From a virus (Duplodnaviria > Heunggongvirae > Uroviricota > Caudoviricetes): 23,513 bases of DNA. A program made the position numbers and the translations under genes. Numbering within the stretch: the first letter of the stretch is position 1; each line of letters starts with the position of its first letter. The stretch lies in IMG/VR virus record IMGVR_UViG_2737471866_000003. The stretch is one strand, 5' to 3'. Below, in pieces: positions 9,457-17,687 of the stretch. The notes beneath the pieces were generated by a model that had not been told where the DNA came from, did not search any database, and was given only the letters and a program-made list of their open reading frames with translations.

Positions 9457-12400
9457 CGTCCACCTCCGGAGAACAGACCACCATCACGGGACTGCTGTTG
9501 CATAAAGTCCGCTGCTGCTTTTTTCCCGAGGTCATAAACCACCTTCAGGGCAGCCGGACCTATCTGCCCGTTCGTGCCATCGTTATTGATCTCGATGTTG
9601 TACTGCGGGGCAAACATCGCCATACCTGAACCACCAATATCCGCCACAACCCCCAGCTTACCGTCAGCACCACGACGCAGAGGCAGAATGGCTTCAGGCC
9701 CAGCTTCCCCCATCACACCTGCACCTTTTGCAAAAGCAAAAAACGTCGGACGGTTAACCACCGTGCCACTGTAGCGACTCAAATCAGCAGACTGATAAAC
9801 ACCACCATCAGCATTGGGCGTCACACTGGCAGTTGCTGCACTCCCCCAGCCAAACGCCGAACCAATCCCCTTAACTGCCTGCATCATGGACATCTGGGCC
9901 ATGATTTTTGCCAGATCAGAAAGGAGCGAGGCGGTAAAAGATTTGAAGTTCAGTTTTCCGGTAGTACAGAACGTTGCCAGTGCATTACCTGCACTGTTAA
10001 ATGCCGCTGTAAGCATCTGCTCAGCAGTGCCTGCCGCATTATCCGCATCTGCCGTGAAATTCTGAAACGCCCGCATAGCACCGTTTTTCCAGTTACCCTG
10101 AGCAATTTCAAGCTGTTGCCAGTAACGGCGATTCTCATTCAGTTGTCGGTTCAGGCTCTCCGTCAGCGCCTGCTCGGCCTTTCTGTAGTCATCCGTGTTA
10201 TATGTCCCTTTCTGCTCACTATCCCGCCTCAACTGCTCCAGCTGTTGCTGGTATTTCTGGCGAAGACTCAGTTGTACCTGATATCGCTGCCGCTGCTGAT
10301 CACCCATACCCACCGTGGCGATATCCAGGTCATGTTGCTGACGCTGAGCGCGCTCTTCTTCAGCCAGTTGACTGGTCAGCTGAATTGTTTTTTTCTTCAG
10401 ATCGTTGAGTGCCGTCTGTTTCTGAAGCTCCTGCTGTTTTACATCCAGCAGCGTCAGTGCCTGAATCAGTTCATCTTTACGGGCCAGCACACTCTTTTCA
10501 TCTGCCGTCAGTTTTTTCCCGTCCAGATCGCTGATGCGCTGCTGCAGAGCCAGAAGCTGTTTATGCGCTTCTGTCATCCTGTCAGTGGCAATGCCTGCTG
10601 ACTGTCTTGCAGCAGCAATCTGTCCTTCCACCTGTGCCTGTTGCTGGCTGTACTGCAGCAATAACCGGGTGGCCTCATCATTACGGGTTTCACGTGTTTT
10701 TTTCTTACCGGATGCCAGGGCTTTCTCGTAACGTTCATTTTCACGTTGTATCGCCGCATCCCTGACAGCCTGATCGGCGTACTGCATGGCATTAATACGC
10801 GCAATTTCACGCTGATGTCGTGCAGCTTCCGTTTCATTCATCCGGTTCAGTGCAGCATTTTCAGCATTACGGCGTTTCTGTTGCTCCTGATAATTCCGCT
10901 CTGCCTGCTCTTTTGCATCCTGCAAATCCTTCTGGCGTTTTTTCTCCTGAAGATCGTTAAGACGCTGCTGATCGTATTCAACCTGAGAAGATGATGCCGT
11001 CCAGGGGAGTCTTTTCGCCCGCGACACTTTCTCCTGCAAAGTGGCAATCTGCGCATCCAGCGAATCTTCACGACCAATATTCATGGCCGCATCCCAGAAC
11101 TGCTTCCACCAGTCAGACAAGGTTTGCAGCGTACTACCCAGCGCATTGAGGTTATTATCAATATCCGCAGTACGCCGACCGGTTTCCTCTGCCAGTGCAG
11201 ACATGGCTATCCGTGCCGCATCACTGGACCGCCCCTGCTCTCCAAGGACGCGTATCTGCTCAAGCTGAGTGGCAGTAAGAAAATGCAGCTCATTGTCCAG
11301 AGACTTCGCGGCATTTACAGGATCATCCTTCAGCCGCTTAAACTGATTTATGGTATCGCTGACCGACTGGCCAACCGATCGCTCCATCTGTGCGGCAGCT
11401 CTCGCCACCATACCGATATCGTTTCCACGAAATGCACCACTCCCCACCACCTGAGCCAGCGCACCGGCTGCAGCATGTTGCGTGATACCATTCCCGGAAA
11501 TAGCACGACTGAGCGTCCACAGCTGCCCGGCAGTGACTCCGGCATAATGCCCCGTCAGCGACAGCTGGCGGTTAAATTCTTCCCCCTCCTTCTGACCGTC
11601 ATACCAGGCTTTACCCAGACCATAGACAGCCGCGGCAATACCACCAATAACCCCGCCCAGCATCATGCCTTTCGGTGACATCAATGTGTCTATCCACCCG
11701 GCACGGTTAGCCAGCGTTATTCCGGATCCCCTCAGCGCACCTAAATTTCCGCGGGCCAGTTCACCTATCAGAACGCCTATCTCCTGACGGGCCGCTGCAC
11801 TTTTCAGACCCAGCGAATGCGTGGCTTTTCCTGCCTGCTCCATTTTGCGGATATACACTTCTGCAGCACTGCTTACCCCCAGCTGGGCAGCCTTAGCACG
11901 AAGCAACTCAGAAGAAGAAAGATTCTGGCGGGTTGCCTGCTCTTTAAGCTGACGGATAAACGCCACTTTCTGTCGGGTAGCCTCTTCCTCAGCCTGTGTA
12001 AGAACACGGGTTTTCGCCGTAACCTCAGAAATCAGCGCCAGATAATCCTGCTGACCAATCCCGCCACTGTTTCTGGCCTGTCGGATCTGCTGCTGAATAC
12101 GCTGTAATTCCTGCAGCCCCGCACTGGCCTGTTTCACACTGTCAATCTGACGATAAAACGCAGCAGCCGCTTTATCCTGAGCCTCCGCCAGAGCCATGGC
12201 CTGCGCCTGTTCCTCGCGCATTTTCTGGCTCAGCGCCTCCATGCGCTGGCGGGTTTTCTCCACCTCGCGGGCCATGCGTTCATGAGCCTGTGCGTTCTTC
12301 TCCACCGTCTGCGCATGGACGGATGCGGCTGTTGCAGCCGAAGACGCCGCCTGCGTTGTCTGCCGGGCGGCCTGAGTCTGACGCTCCATAAAACGCTGCA

Positions 12401-12527
12401 TACGGGCAGAAGACCGTTCTGCATCGCTGGCTGCACCATTCAGAAGGTTTTTGATACGGGGGATTTCATTTTTAAACTCTGCCGCATCAATCCCCAAATC
12501 AATGACCAGGTTGGCTATCTGGTCCAT
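9453..12527 (-). CDS. H: Tail tape measure protein H (about 1024 aa from the RBS-supported ATG)
   Basis: Track ORF 9453..12557 (-). The internal ATG at 12527 (MDQIANLVIDLGIDAAEF...) has a GGAGG RBS 8-12 nt upstream and aligns with the lambda H N-terminus. The C-terminal end (...INNDGTNGQIGPAALKVVYDLGKKAAADFMQQQSRDGGLFSGGGR) matches the lambda H C-terminus. The N-terminal half has long Q/E/R/A-rich coiled-coil-like sequence. Confidence 0.85.
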   Translation of the reverse strand: MDQIANLVIDLGIDAAEFKNEIPRIKNLLNGAASDAERSSARMQRFMERQTQAARQTTQAASSAATAASVHAQTVEKNAQAHERMAREVEKTRQRMEALSQKMREEQAQAMALAEAQDKAAAAFYRQIDSVKQASAGLQELQRIQQQIRQARNSGGIGQQDYLALISEVTAKTRVLTQAEEEATRQKVAFIRQLKEQATRQNLSSSELLRAKAAQLGVSSAAEVYIRKMEQAGKATHSLGLKSAAARQEIGVLIGELARGNLGALRGSGITLANRAGWIDTLMSPKGMMLGGVIGGIAAAVYGLGKAWYDGQKEGEEFNRQLSLTGHYAGVTAGQLWTLSRAISGNGITQHAAAGALAQVVGSGAFRGNDIGMVARAAAQMERSVGQSVSDTINQFKRLKDDPVNAAKSLDNELHFLTATQLEQIRVLGEQGRSSDAARIAMSALAEETGRRTADIDNNLNALGSTLQTLSDWWKQFWDAAMNIGREDSLDAQIATLQEKVSRAKRLPWTASSSQVEYDQQRLNDLQEKKRQKDLQDAKEQAERNYQEQQKRRNAENAALNRMNETEAARHQREIARINAMQYADQAVRDAAIQRENERYEKALASGKKKTRETRNDEATRLLLQYSQQQAQVEGQIAAARQSAGIATDRMTEAHKQLLALQQRISDLDGKKLTADEKSVLARKDELIQALTLLDVKQQELQKQTALNDLKKKTIQLTSQLAEEERAQRQQHDLDIATVGMGDQQRQRYQVQLSLRQKYQQQLEQLRRDSEQKGTYNTDDYRKAEQALTESLNRQLNENRRYWQQLEIAQGNWKNGAMRAFQNFTADADNAAGTAEQMLTAAFNSAGNALATFCTTGKLNFKSFTASLLSDLAKIMAQMSMMQAVKGIGSAFGWGSAATASVTPNADGGVYQSADLSRYSGTVVNRPTFFAFAKGAGVMGEAGPEAILPLRRGADGKLGVVADIGGSGMAMFAPQYNIEINNDGTNGQIGPAALKVVYDLGKKAAADFMQQQSRDGGLFSGGGR

Positions 12528-12828
12528 AACGCACACCTCCGGAAATACCTTCCCCAAGATGCATCAGTTCTTCGTCCGTTCGCTCCGGTATCCCGTTCTC
12601 TTCCGGTAAAAGGCTGAAATCAGCCACCGCAGCATCACTGCTGCCGGACACCATTCTCACGATCAATGCCTTCAGCGAGGCAAACTGCGCATCCATCCAC
12701 ACATCACTGAAGCTCTGCATCCGGAAATAATCGCCCCACTCACCAAGCTCAGTGGCCGACATTTCCGACAGCATCCGCCGCCAGTCTGCCCGCCGGAACT
12801 CCCGGGCAAGCCGCATGACAAACTGCAT
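12499..12828 (-). CDS. T: Tail assembly protein T reading frame, expected to be expressed only as a G-T fusion by -1 ribosomal frameshift
   Basis: Track ORF 12499..12828 (-) lies in the -1 frame relative to G, whose stop is at 12837-12839. The T frame stays open upstream into the last codons of G, the arrangement known for lambda G/G-T. Confidence 0.75.
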   Translation of the reverse strand: MQFVMRLAREFRRADWRRMLSEMSATELGEWGDYFRMQSFSDVWMDAQFASLKALIVRMVSGSSDAAVADFSLLPEENGIPERTDEELMHLGEGISGGVRYGPDSQPGH

Positions 12829-12836
12829 TTCCCGCG

Positions 12837-13226
12837 TCAGGACTTTTCCGGCGTCAGCACCTCATGCTCCAAATCCCCGGCATTCTCAATGGCTCCCATA
12901 CCGCTCAGCGACAGAACCATCTCCGCCCCCGCACCCAGGGCATCATACGACCATGTTGTAATTACGGATGCGCAAAGCGTCTCAACATCCTGAGACTGTT
13001 CCGCATTCCACAGTGAGCGGGAAACCAGCCAGGCATTGATATCCATCCCCATCCGCAGAAAAGCAATCTGTCGTTCAGCCTCCGGCAGTTCTCCCTCTTC
13101 GGCATCAAACTTTGCCGTTCGCTGCTGAACAAACGCCAGATATTCAATTCTCTGCAGCCCGGACAGCTCACTGAGCACCACGGACTGCTTTTCATAATTA
13201 AACGTGCCCTGTTTCAGAAACATCAT
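12837..13226 (-). CDS. G: Tail assembly chaperone G
   Basis: Track ORF 12837..13265 (-). Start placed at the ATG at 13226 (MMFLKQGTF...), which has a GGTGGAG RBS upstream and lies downstream of the V terminator hairpin; the lambda G N-terminus MFLK... aligns here. Acidic C-terminus typical of G. Confidence 0.8.
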   Translation of the reverse strand: MMFLKQGTFNYEKQSVVLSELSGLQRIEYLAFVQQRTAKFDAEEGELPEAERQIAFLRMGMDINAWLVSRSLWNAEQSQDVETLCASVITTWSYDALGAGAEMVLSLSGMGAIENAGDLEHEVLTPEKS

Positions 13227-13239
13227 GTTCTCCACCTGC

Positions 13240-13263
13240 AAAAAAGCCCCGGATAACCGGGGC
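13240..13263 (-). terminator. Candidate intrinsic terminator / attenuator after major tail gene V
   Basis: Minus strand reads GCCCCGG-TTAT-CCGGGGC followed by TTTTTT: a perfect 7 bp GC stem, 4 nt loop and T-run, sitting between the V stop (13284) and the G start. Confidence 0.55.
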
Positions 13264-13283
13264 AAATGATGAGTATCGTCCTG

Positions 13284-14027
13284 TTAACCTGCGGCGCTGA
13301 CAGTCACCGTAGCCACTGCCACAAAATCGCCGTCAGAAGTCATGCCCACAATGCTGACACTGCCCTGCTTCACGCCTTTCACCGTGGCCACAAGCCCGTT
13401 CAGGGTCACCGTGGCAGTCTGTGGATCTGTCGAATGCACACTGATCGCTTTGTCACTGGCTCCGTCAGGTTTTACTGTAAAGGTCAGCGTGGTGGTTGCT
13501 CCCACTTTTACACTGGCAGATGCCGGTGCCACCGTCAGCCCGGTAACGCTCACTGTTTCAGTGCCTTCCTCTGCCAGATACGGACGCCCCACACCGCTGA
13601 TTTTCACAGTGCGGGTCATCACGTCTTTTGAGGCAATGGTTTTACCCAGTGAACTCAGCCAGCCACGGAAAACATCAACAGTACCGTTGGGATATTTGAT
13701 ACGAAACGCGCAGACTTCACCGGAGTCGAACAACTGAACCAGTTTTTTCTGCCCGCTGTCACCCGGACGCCAGGCCAGCGTCGCCGAAGTATCACCGACT
13801 GATTTCTGCCCCTGGGTTGTCGTTTTCCAGTCTGCATCTTCATCATCGAGATAAGTGTCATCTTCTGCATCAGCGGTCATTTCGCCAGGTTGCAGATCCT
13901 TCACCATCGCAAGACGCAGCCAGTCAGTGTCCGACAAAGGATTCGCAAACGCATCGCCGTTGCCGGTATACATCCAGAACGTCGTCCCCGCACCTTTCGT
14001 CTTTGCCAGTGGATTTGGTGTGGTCAT
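13284..14027 (-). CDS. V: Major tail tube protein V with C-terminal Ig-like (Big_2-type) domain
   Basis: Track ORF 13284..14102 (-). The in-frame Met at track coordinate 14027 (MTTPNPLAKTKGAGTTFW...) aligns with the lambda V N-terminus and lies downstream of the U stop. The C-terminal about 90 aa is Thr/Val/Ser-rich and Ig-like, as in lambda V. Confidence 0.85.
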   Translation of the reverse strand: MTTPNPLAKTKGAGTTFWMYTGNGDAFANPLSDTDWLRLAMVKDLQPGEMTADAEDDTYLDDEDADWKTTTQGQKSVGDTSATLAWRPGDSGQKKLVQLFDSGEVCAFRIKYPNGTVDVFRGWLSSLGKTIASKDVMTRTVKISGVGRPYLAEEGTETVSVTGLTVAPASASVKVGATTTLTFTVKPDGASDKAISVHSTDPQTATVTLNGLVATVKGVKQGSVSIVGMTSDGDFVAVATVTVSAAG

Positions 14028-14037
14028 TACCACCTCC

Positions 14038-14451
14038 TTAATTCGTGTACGTGATCTGGTACGTGATTTCCGCCATCGCCCAGGTGGCCATCTCATTATC
14101 ACGTTGATAGTTAAAACCGAGTGGGATCAGGGTGTCGATGAGTCCGGAAAGTGCCGGTATATCATTCAGGGCAGGAAAAATGGTGCTCTCCATCCACATA
14201 TCCAGCTCTGAATCCGGTGCCTGTGCCCGGATGAAGACGGCAATATGCAGAACAGCCTGCCAGTCATCTTCATCCGTCATTTTTCCGGTGTACTGAGCAT
14301 CACTCAGCCACACCGCCACGGCAGGCAGTTCCTGCGCATCAATAAATGCCGGAAGCCCGTCAAAAAACGTGGCGCTGTCTCCACACTGTTCCCGAAGGCG
14401 TGCCAGTACGACCTGGCGGATTTGTGTATGTCGGTTCATCGGGTCAGCCAT
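14038..14451 (-). CDS. U: Tail terminator protein U (137 aa)
   Basis: Track ORF 14038..14451 (-). Segments such as ...ATFFDG...FPAVAVWLSDAQYTG...SELDMWMES...IPALSGLI... parallel lambda U as I recall it. Confidence 0.85.
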   Translation of the reverse strand: MADPMNRHTQIRQVVLARLREQCGDSATFFDGLPAFIDAQELPAVAVWLSDAQYTGKMTDEDDWQAVLHIAVFIRAQAPDSELDMWMESTIFPALNDIPALSGLIDTLIPLGFNYQRDNEMATWAMAEITYQITYTN

Positions 14452-15026
14452 AATCTCAGTTGTTGTTTCAGTGCATACCCCAGCTGTTTCGGCATTTCCG
14501 CAGCAATGATGCGGTCGCGGGCATCTTCAAATGCCTGTGTCAGCGGTCCGGACAGCGGGATTTTCACTACCTCCACAGGAAGACGATTTTTTCTTGGCCT
14601 GCCCTGATGGTCATGCCCTGTTGCAAAACGCGCTTCAGGAAGACGCCTCAGAACATGCCAGCGGCCATTCGCCAGTTGCTGAACAAATGCCCCCCGGAAA
14701 AAGTATTTTCCCACTCTCAGTCCTTCACCAGCACGCCGCCGTGTTGTGTTCAGTTTGATGGCGGGCAGATTGCCCCGGTTAACGCGGATCCTGGCCGTCA
14801 TTTTTCCTGACGGACTGGCTTTAAACACCCGGACACGCTGACGTACCAGTTTCAGGGGGATCCCTTTCACCTGGTTATCTCCCGCAACGGTATTCCCGGC
14901 AACCTGCCGGGTGGCAACCGAGACCGCTTTCTGTGCCACACGGTTTATCGCCCATGCGCTGGCCTGTGGCACCATACGGGTATCAAGGCTGTTCAGATTG
15001 CGGATGGCATTCTCAAGCCCCTTCAT
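14436..15026 (-). CDS. Z: Minor tail / tail completion protein Z (196 aa)
   Basis: Track ORF 14436..15026 (-). MKGLENAIRNLNSL...NGRWHVLRRLP...VVKIPLSGPLTQAF...LGYALKQQLRLWLTR parallels lambda Z as I recall it. Overlaps the U start by 16 nt. Confidence 0.8.
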   Translation of the reverse strand: MKGLENAIRNLNSLDTRMVPQASAWAINRVAQKAVSVATRQVAGNTVAGDNQVKGIPLKLVRQRVRVFKASPSGKMTARIRVNRGNLPAIKLNTTRRRAGEGLRVGKYFFRGAFVQQLANGRWHVLRRLPEARFATGHDHQGRPRKNRLPVEVVKIPLSGPLTQAFEDARDRIIAAEMPKQLGYALKQQLRLWLTR

Positions 15027-15037
15027 CCCGCACCTCT

Positions 15038-15313
15038 TTACTCAATAAAGATCATTGGCTTACCGTTAAAGCGTTCATGCCGTGTGACCGTCCATTGTTG
15101 TCCGTCATAAACAACGCGATCCCCGCGCCGTGGGCGGTATCCCGAAGAAAACACCACCAGAGAGACCGCAGGTCCGGACAGAGCATTTAGCTCTGCCAGT
15201 GTTTCTCCCGGGATCACAGTCATATCGACATCATTAATCGAGGCTGTCTTTCCCATCTTTCTGACCGTGATCGCATCCATACGCGCTGCCAGCCGGGAAA
15301 AGGGATCAGACAT
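15038..15313 (-). CDS. Small head-tail joining / head completion protein (91 aa), family not confidently assigned
   Basis: Track ORF 15038..15313 (-). It sits where lambda has FI/FII, between the capsid gene and Z, and overlaps the upstream gene by 8 nt. I have no reliable sequence match from memory. Confidence 0.5.
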   Translation of the reverse strand: MSDPFSRLAARMDAITVRKMGKTASINDVDMTVIPGETLAELNALSGPAVSLVVFSSGYRPRRGDRVVYDGQQWTVTRHERFNGKPMIFIE

Positions 15314-15629
15314 TGAGTTTTACCGGCACTTCTTCTGCACTGGTTCCGGCATCTGCCCAGACAACCCCGACCAGCGGATCAGAGCCGCTGTTAGTCAGCT
15401 GAACTTTTCCGGACTTCAGATAAACCTTCTTACCCGTTTTCATATCATCCGTTTTCAGCTTAGGCAGCATAAACACACCTTCGGTCATGCCGTCGCCTGT
15501 TTCACCCTGTGGAATATCGGTCAGCGCCACCGCAAAAACATCACCCACCTGCACCAGATCTCCGCTGCTGATGGCTGCACTGGCAACAATCGCCACCGTT
15601 TTTCCTTCTTCTACAAAATTCTTTGCCAT
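15306..15629 (-). CDS. Small head-associated protein (about 108 aa; possibly DUF2190-like capsid accessory protein)
   Basis: Track ORF 15306..15674 (-). The ATG at 15629 (MAKNFVEEGKTVAIVAS...) has a GGAGA RBS about 8 nt upstream and lies downstream of the capsid-gene hairpins; the longer start would begin inside the hairpin. Assigned by position and size only. Confidence 0.5.
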   Translation of the reverse strand: MAKNFVEEGKTVAIVASAAISSGDLVQVGDVFAVALTDIPQGETGDGMTEGVFMLPKLKTDDMKTGKKVYLKSGKVQLTNSGSDPLVGVVWADAGTSAEEVPVKLNV

Positions 15630-15672
15630 AACTGTCTCCGCACAGCCCCGTTCAGGGGCTGATTTCAGGTAC

Positions 15673-15691
15673 AAAAAAAGCCCTTACGGGC
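15673..15691 (-). terminator. Candidate weak intrinsic terminator after the capsid gene, followed by a second 7 bp hairpin at 15643-15661
   Basis: Minus strand reads GCCC-GTAA-GGGC followed by TTTTTTT, 25 nt downstream of the capsid stop; then CAGCCCC-TGAAC-GGGGCTG. Seen in the sequence. Confidence 0.4.
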
Positions 15692-15715
15692 CATCAGAGT
15701 TGTTGTCTGCGACGT

Positions 15716-17674
15716 TTACGCCGTACATTTCACCAGACCGCGGTGATCAACTGGCGCGACACCGGCGTCAATACGCACTTTCGTTGTCACGCCATCCACA
15801 CTGAAGCCCTCCATCTGATCAATATATGGCGTATCCACACCGTTGAGATAAGCCACTTCAATCGTATCGGAGCCTTTTGACGCAGCCAGGTAGAAGGTGG
15901 TCTGGCTGTTATCATCAAGACGAGGCTCTGCAATAACGGTCGCAAAATCTTTCACCGGGTTAATAATACCGGCGTTAATGTCAGCCCCCTTGACACTTGA
16001 GGAGCGAATGACCTGGTTAGCAACAGACTCCATCGCCGTCGGTACCAGTACGAACGCAGGACGAATATTCAGATGACGCTCCCCCTCTTTCTGAACGCGC
16101 ATCAACTGGCGGGCTTTATCCAGCGATGCCACGTCCATTGCAGCGCTCTCCAGTACGTTTGCATGTTTCGCTTTATCGAACAGACTTACATTATCTGTGG
16201 AGATTTTCGGGTTAGACGTCAGAATGGCATAAACCAGATCGGCAATAGTGGATTTCGCCGCACGGCCCAGCTTCATCGGGACATCGGTCAGCATATTCAG
16301 ATCATCATTGATAATGGCCTGACGGGTGATACTGAACAGCTCGCCATAGGTCGCCAGTGCAATAGTGGCCTGTTTATCTCCGGTGGTGACGTATTTATAT
16401 TCCGCCCCTTCACGCACCTGACGCAGAGCACTGAAGCCCCCCATACCCACACGATGGGCAATTTTAAAATCAGACAACTGACCTTTCCGCGTCCACTGTT
16501 CATAGGTTTCAGGGGCATCTTCCCAGCCCTGCAGAATGGCTTTGTTCGCAACATCCAGCAGAATATTACCGAAGTCAGACGTACTGTGTGTGAACGCCGC
16601 ACCGACCATCTGCATCGGGTTATAACTGGAAACCCCAATACCCCGTTCAGTCAGTGACATACGGGCATATTCACGCAGGGTCATCCCGTTGTAGACATTA
16701 TCACGTTCGGTTTTTTCAAATCCGGCACGCGCCATCAGCGCCTGGCGAATCCCGTCCCCCACAAAATTACCGTTACCGGCATAAATATGAGCCGGAGTAT
16801 TTTTATTGGATGGCGTGGACTCGCGCCCCATCTCGTTCAACAGCTTTTCGCGGGCCTGCTCCAGCGAACATTCAGGATCGGCAAGACACTGAGCCTGCAG
16901 CGTCTGATAACGCCCGCCAAACATGGCAAACAGATCATTAATACCGTTTACACGCGCTTTTTGCTCTGCCAGTACCTGCGCACGGATGCTGTTTTCATCC
17001 ACCACGGGTGCTGCTGCCTGCACTGGCGTCCGGGAGGCTGCAGGTTCATCATCCTGTACGCGTGGAGCACTGTTGCGTGGCGGAGTAATCATGTTTCGAA
17101 TGGATTCCGGCATCTTTTTAAATTCCTCTGTACGTTTTGACTGAATACATGCCATTGCCTTAACGGCTGGCGTCACCTGATCAGCAAATCCATGTGCCAG
17201 ACATTCGGCACCGGACATCCAGGTCTCATCCGCCAGCATGGCAGCAATTTCATCGGTGGTTTTCCCGGTTTTCTGTGCATAAGCGGGTAACAGAACCGCC
17301 TCAACCTTATCGAGCAGGTCGGCATAGGTGCGCATGTCCTCCGCATCACCGCCCGTAAAGCCAAATGGTTTATGAATCATCATGAAGGTGTTTTCCGGCA
17401 TAATGACCGGGTTTCCCACCATCGCAATGACCGACGCCATTGACGCCGCCACACCGTCGACATAAACGGTAATGGACGCACCATGTGTTTTCAGTGCATT
17501 AAAAATGGCGATGCCTTCAAAGACATCGCCACCCGGTGAATTGATATGGAGATTAATGTGGGTGATATCGCCCAGTGCATTCAGATCACTGATAAACTGC
17601 TTCGCCGTAACACCCCAGAAACCAATCTCGTCATAAATATAAATATCCGCGTCACTCTGGTGACCAGCCTGCAT
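15716..17674 (-). CDS. Fused prohead protease (ClpP-like serine protease) - scaffold-like linker - major capsid protein (HK97 fold), about 652 aa
   Basis: Track ORF 15716..17935 (-) overlaps the portal gene by about 250 nt; the first ATG after the portal stop is at 17674 (MQAGHQSDADIYIYDEIGFWG...). The N-terminal about 200 aa has ClpP-like motifs (GVAASMASVIAMVG Ser context, MIHKP His context). The middle is coiled-coil-like (AQVLAEQKARVNG...) and the C-terminal about 350 aa is capsid-like. Confidence 0.8.
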   Translation of the reverse strand: MQAGHQSDADIYIYDEIGFWGVTAKQFISDLNALGDITHINLHINSPGGDVFEGIAIFNALKTHGASITVYVDGVAASMASVIAMVGNPVIMPENTFMMIHKPFGFTGGDAEDMRTYADLLDKVEAVLLPAYAQKTGKTTDEIAAMLADETWMSGAECLAHGFADQVTPAVKAMACIQSKRTEEFKKMPESIRNMITPPRNSAPRVQDDEPAASRTPVQAAAPVVDENSIRAQVLAEQKARVNGINDLFAMFGGRYQTLQAQCLADPECSLEQAREKLLNEMGRESTPSNKNTPAHIYAGNGNFVGDGIRQALMARAGFEKTERDNVYNGMTLREYARMSLTERGIGVSSYNPMQMVGAAFTHSTSDFGNILLDVANKAILQGWEDAPETYEQWTRKGQLSDFKIAHRVGMGGFSALRQVREGAEYKYVTTGDKQATIALATYGELFSITRQAIINDDLNMLTDVPMKLGRAAKSTIADLVYAILTSNPKISTDNVSLFDKAKHANVLESAAMDVASLDKARQLMRVQKEGERHLNIRPAFVLVPTAMESVANQVIRSSSVKGADINAGIINPVKDFATVIAEPRLDDNSQTTFYLAASKGSDTIEVAYLNGVDTPYIDQMEGFSVDGVTTKVRIDAGVAPVDHRGLVKCTA

Positions 17675-17687
17675 CCTGAACCAGGAA

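Noticed and set aside
13980-14041. Apparent in-frame read-through from U into V when I translated the printed bases by hand
   Set aside because: My base-by-base reading is out of register by 1 nt with the supplied ORF track in this 60 nt stretch; I treat this as my transcription error and followed the track, which shows a U stop and a separate V.
14028-14102. N-terminal extension of V (track ORF starting at a GTG at 14102)
   Set aside because: The extension overlaps the 3-prime end of U in another frame and is Arg-rich. The internal Met aligns with the lambda V N-terminus and lies after the U stop.
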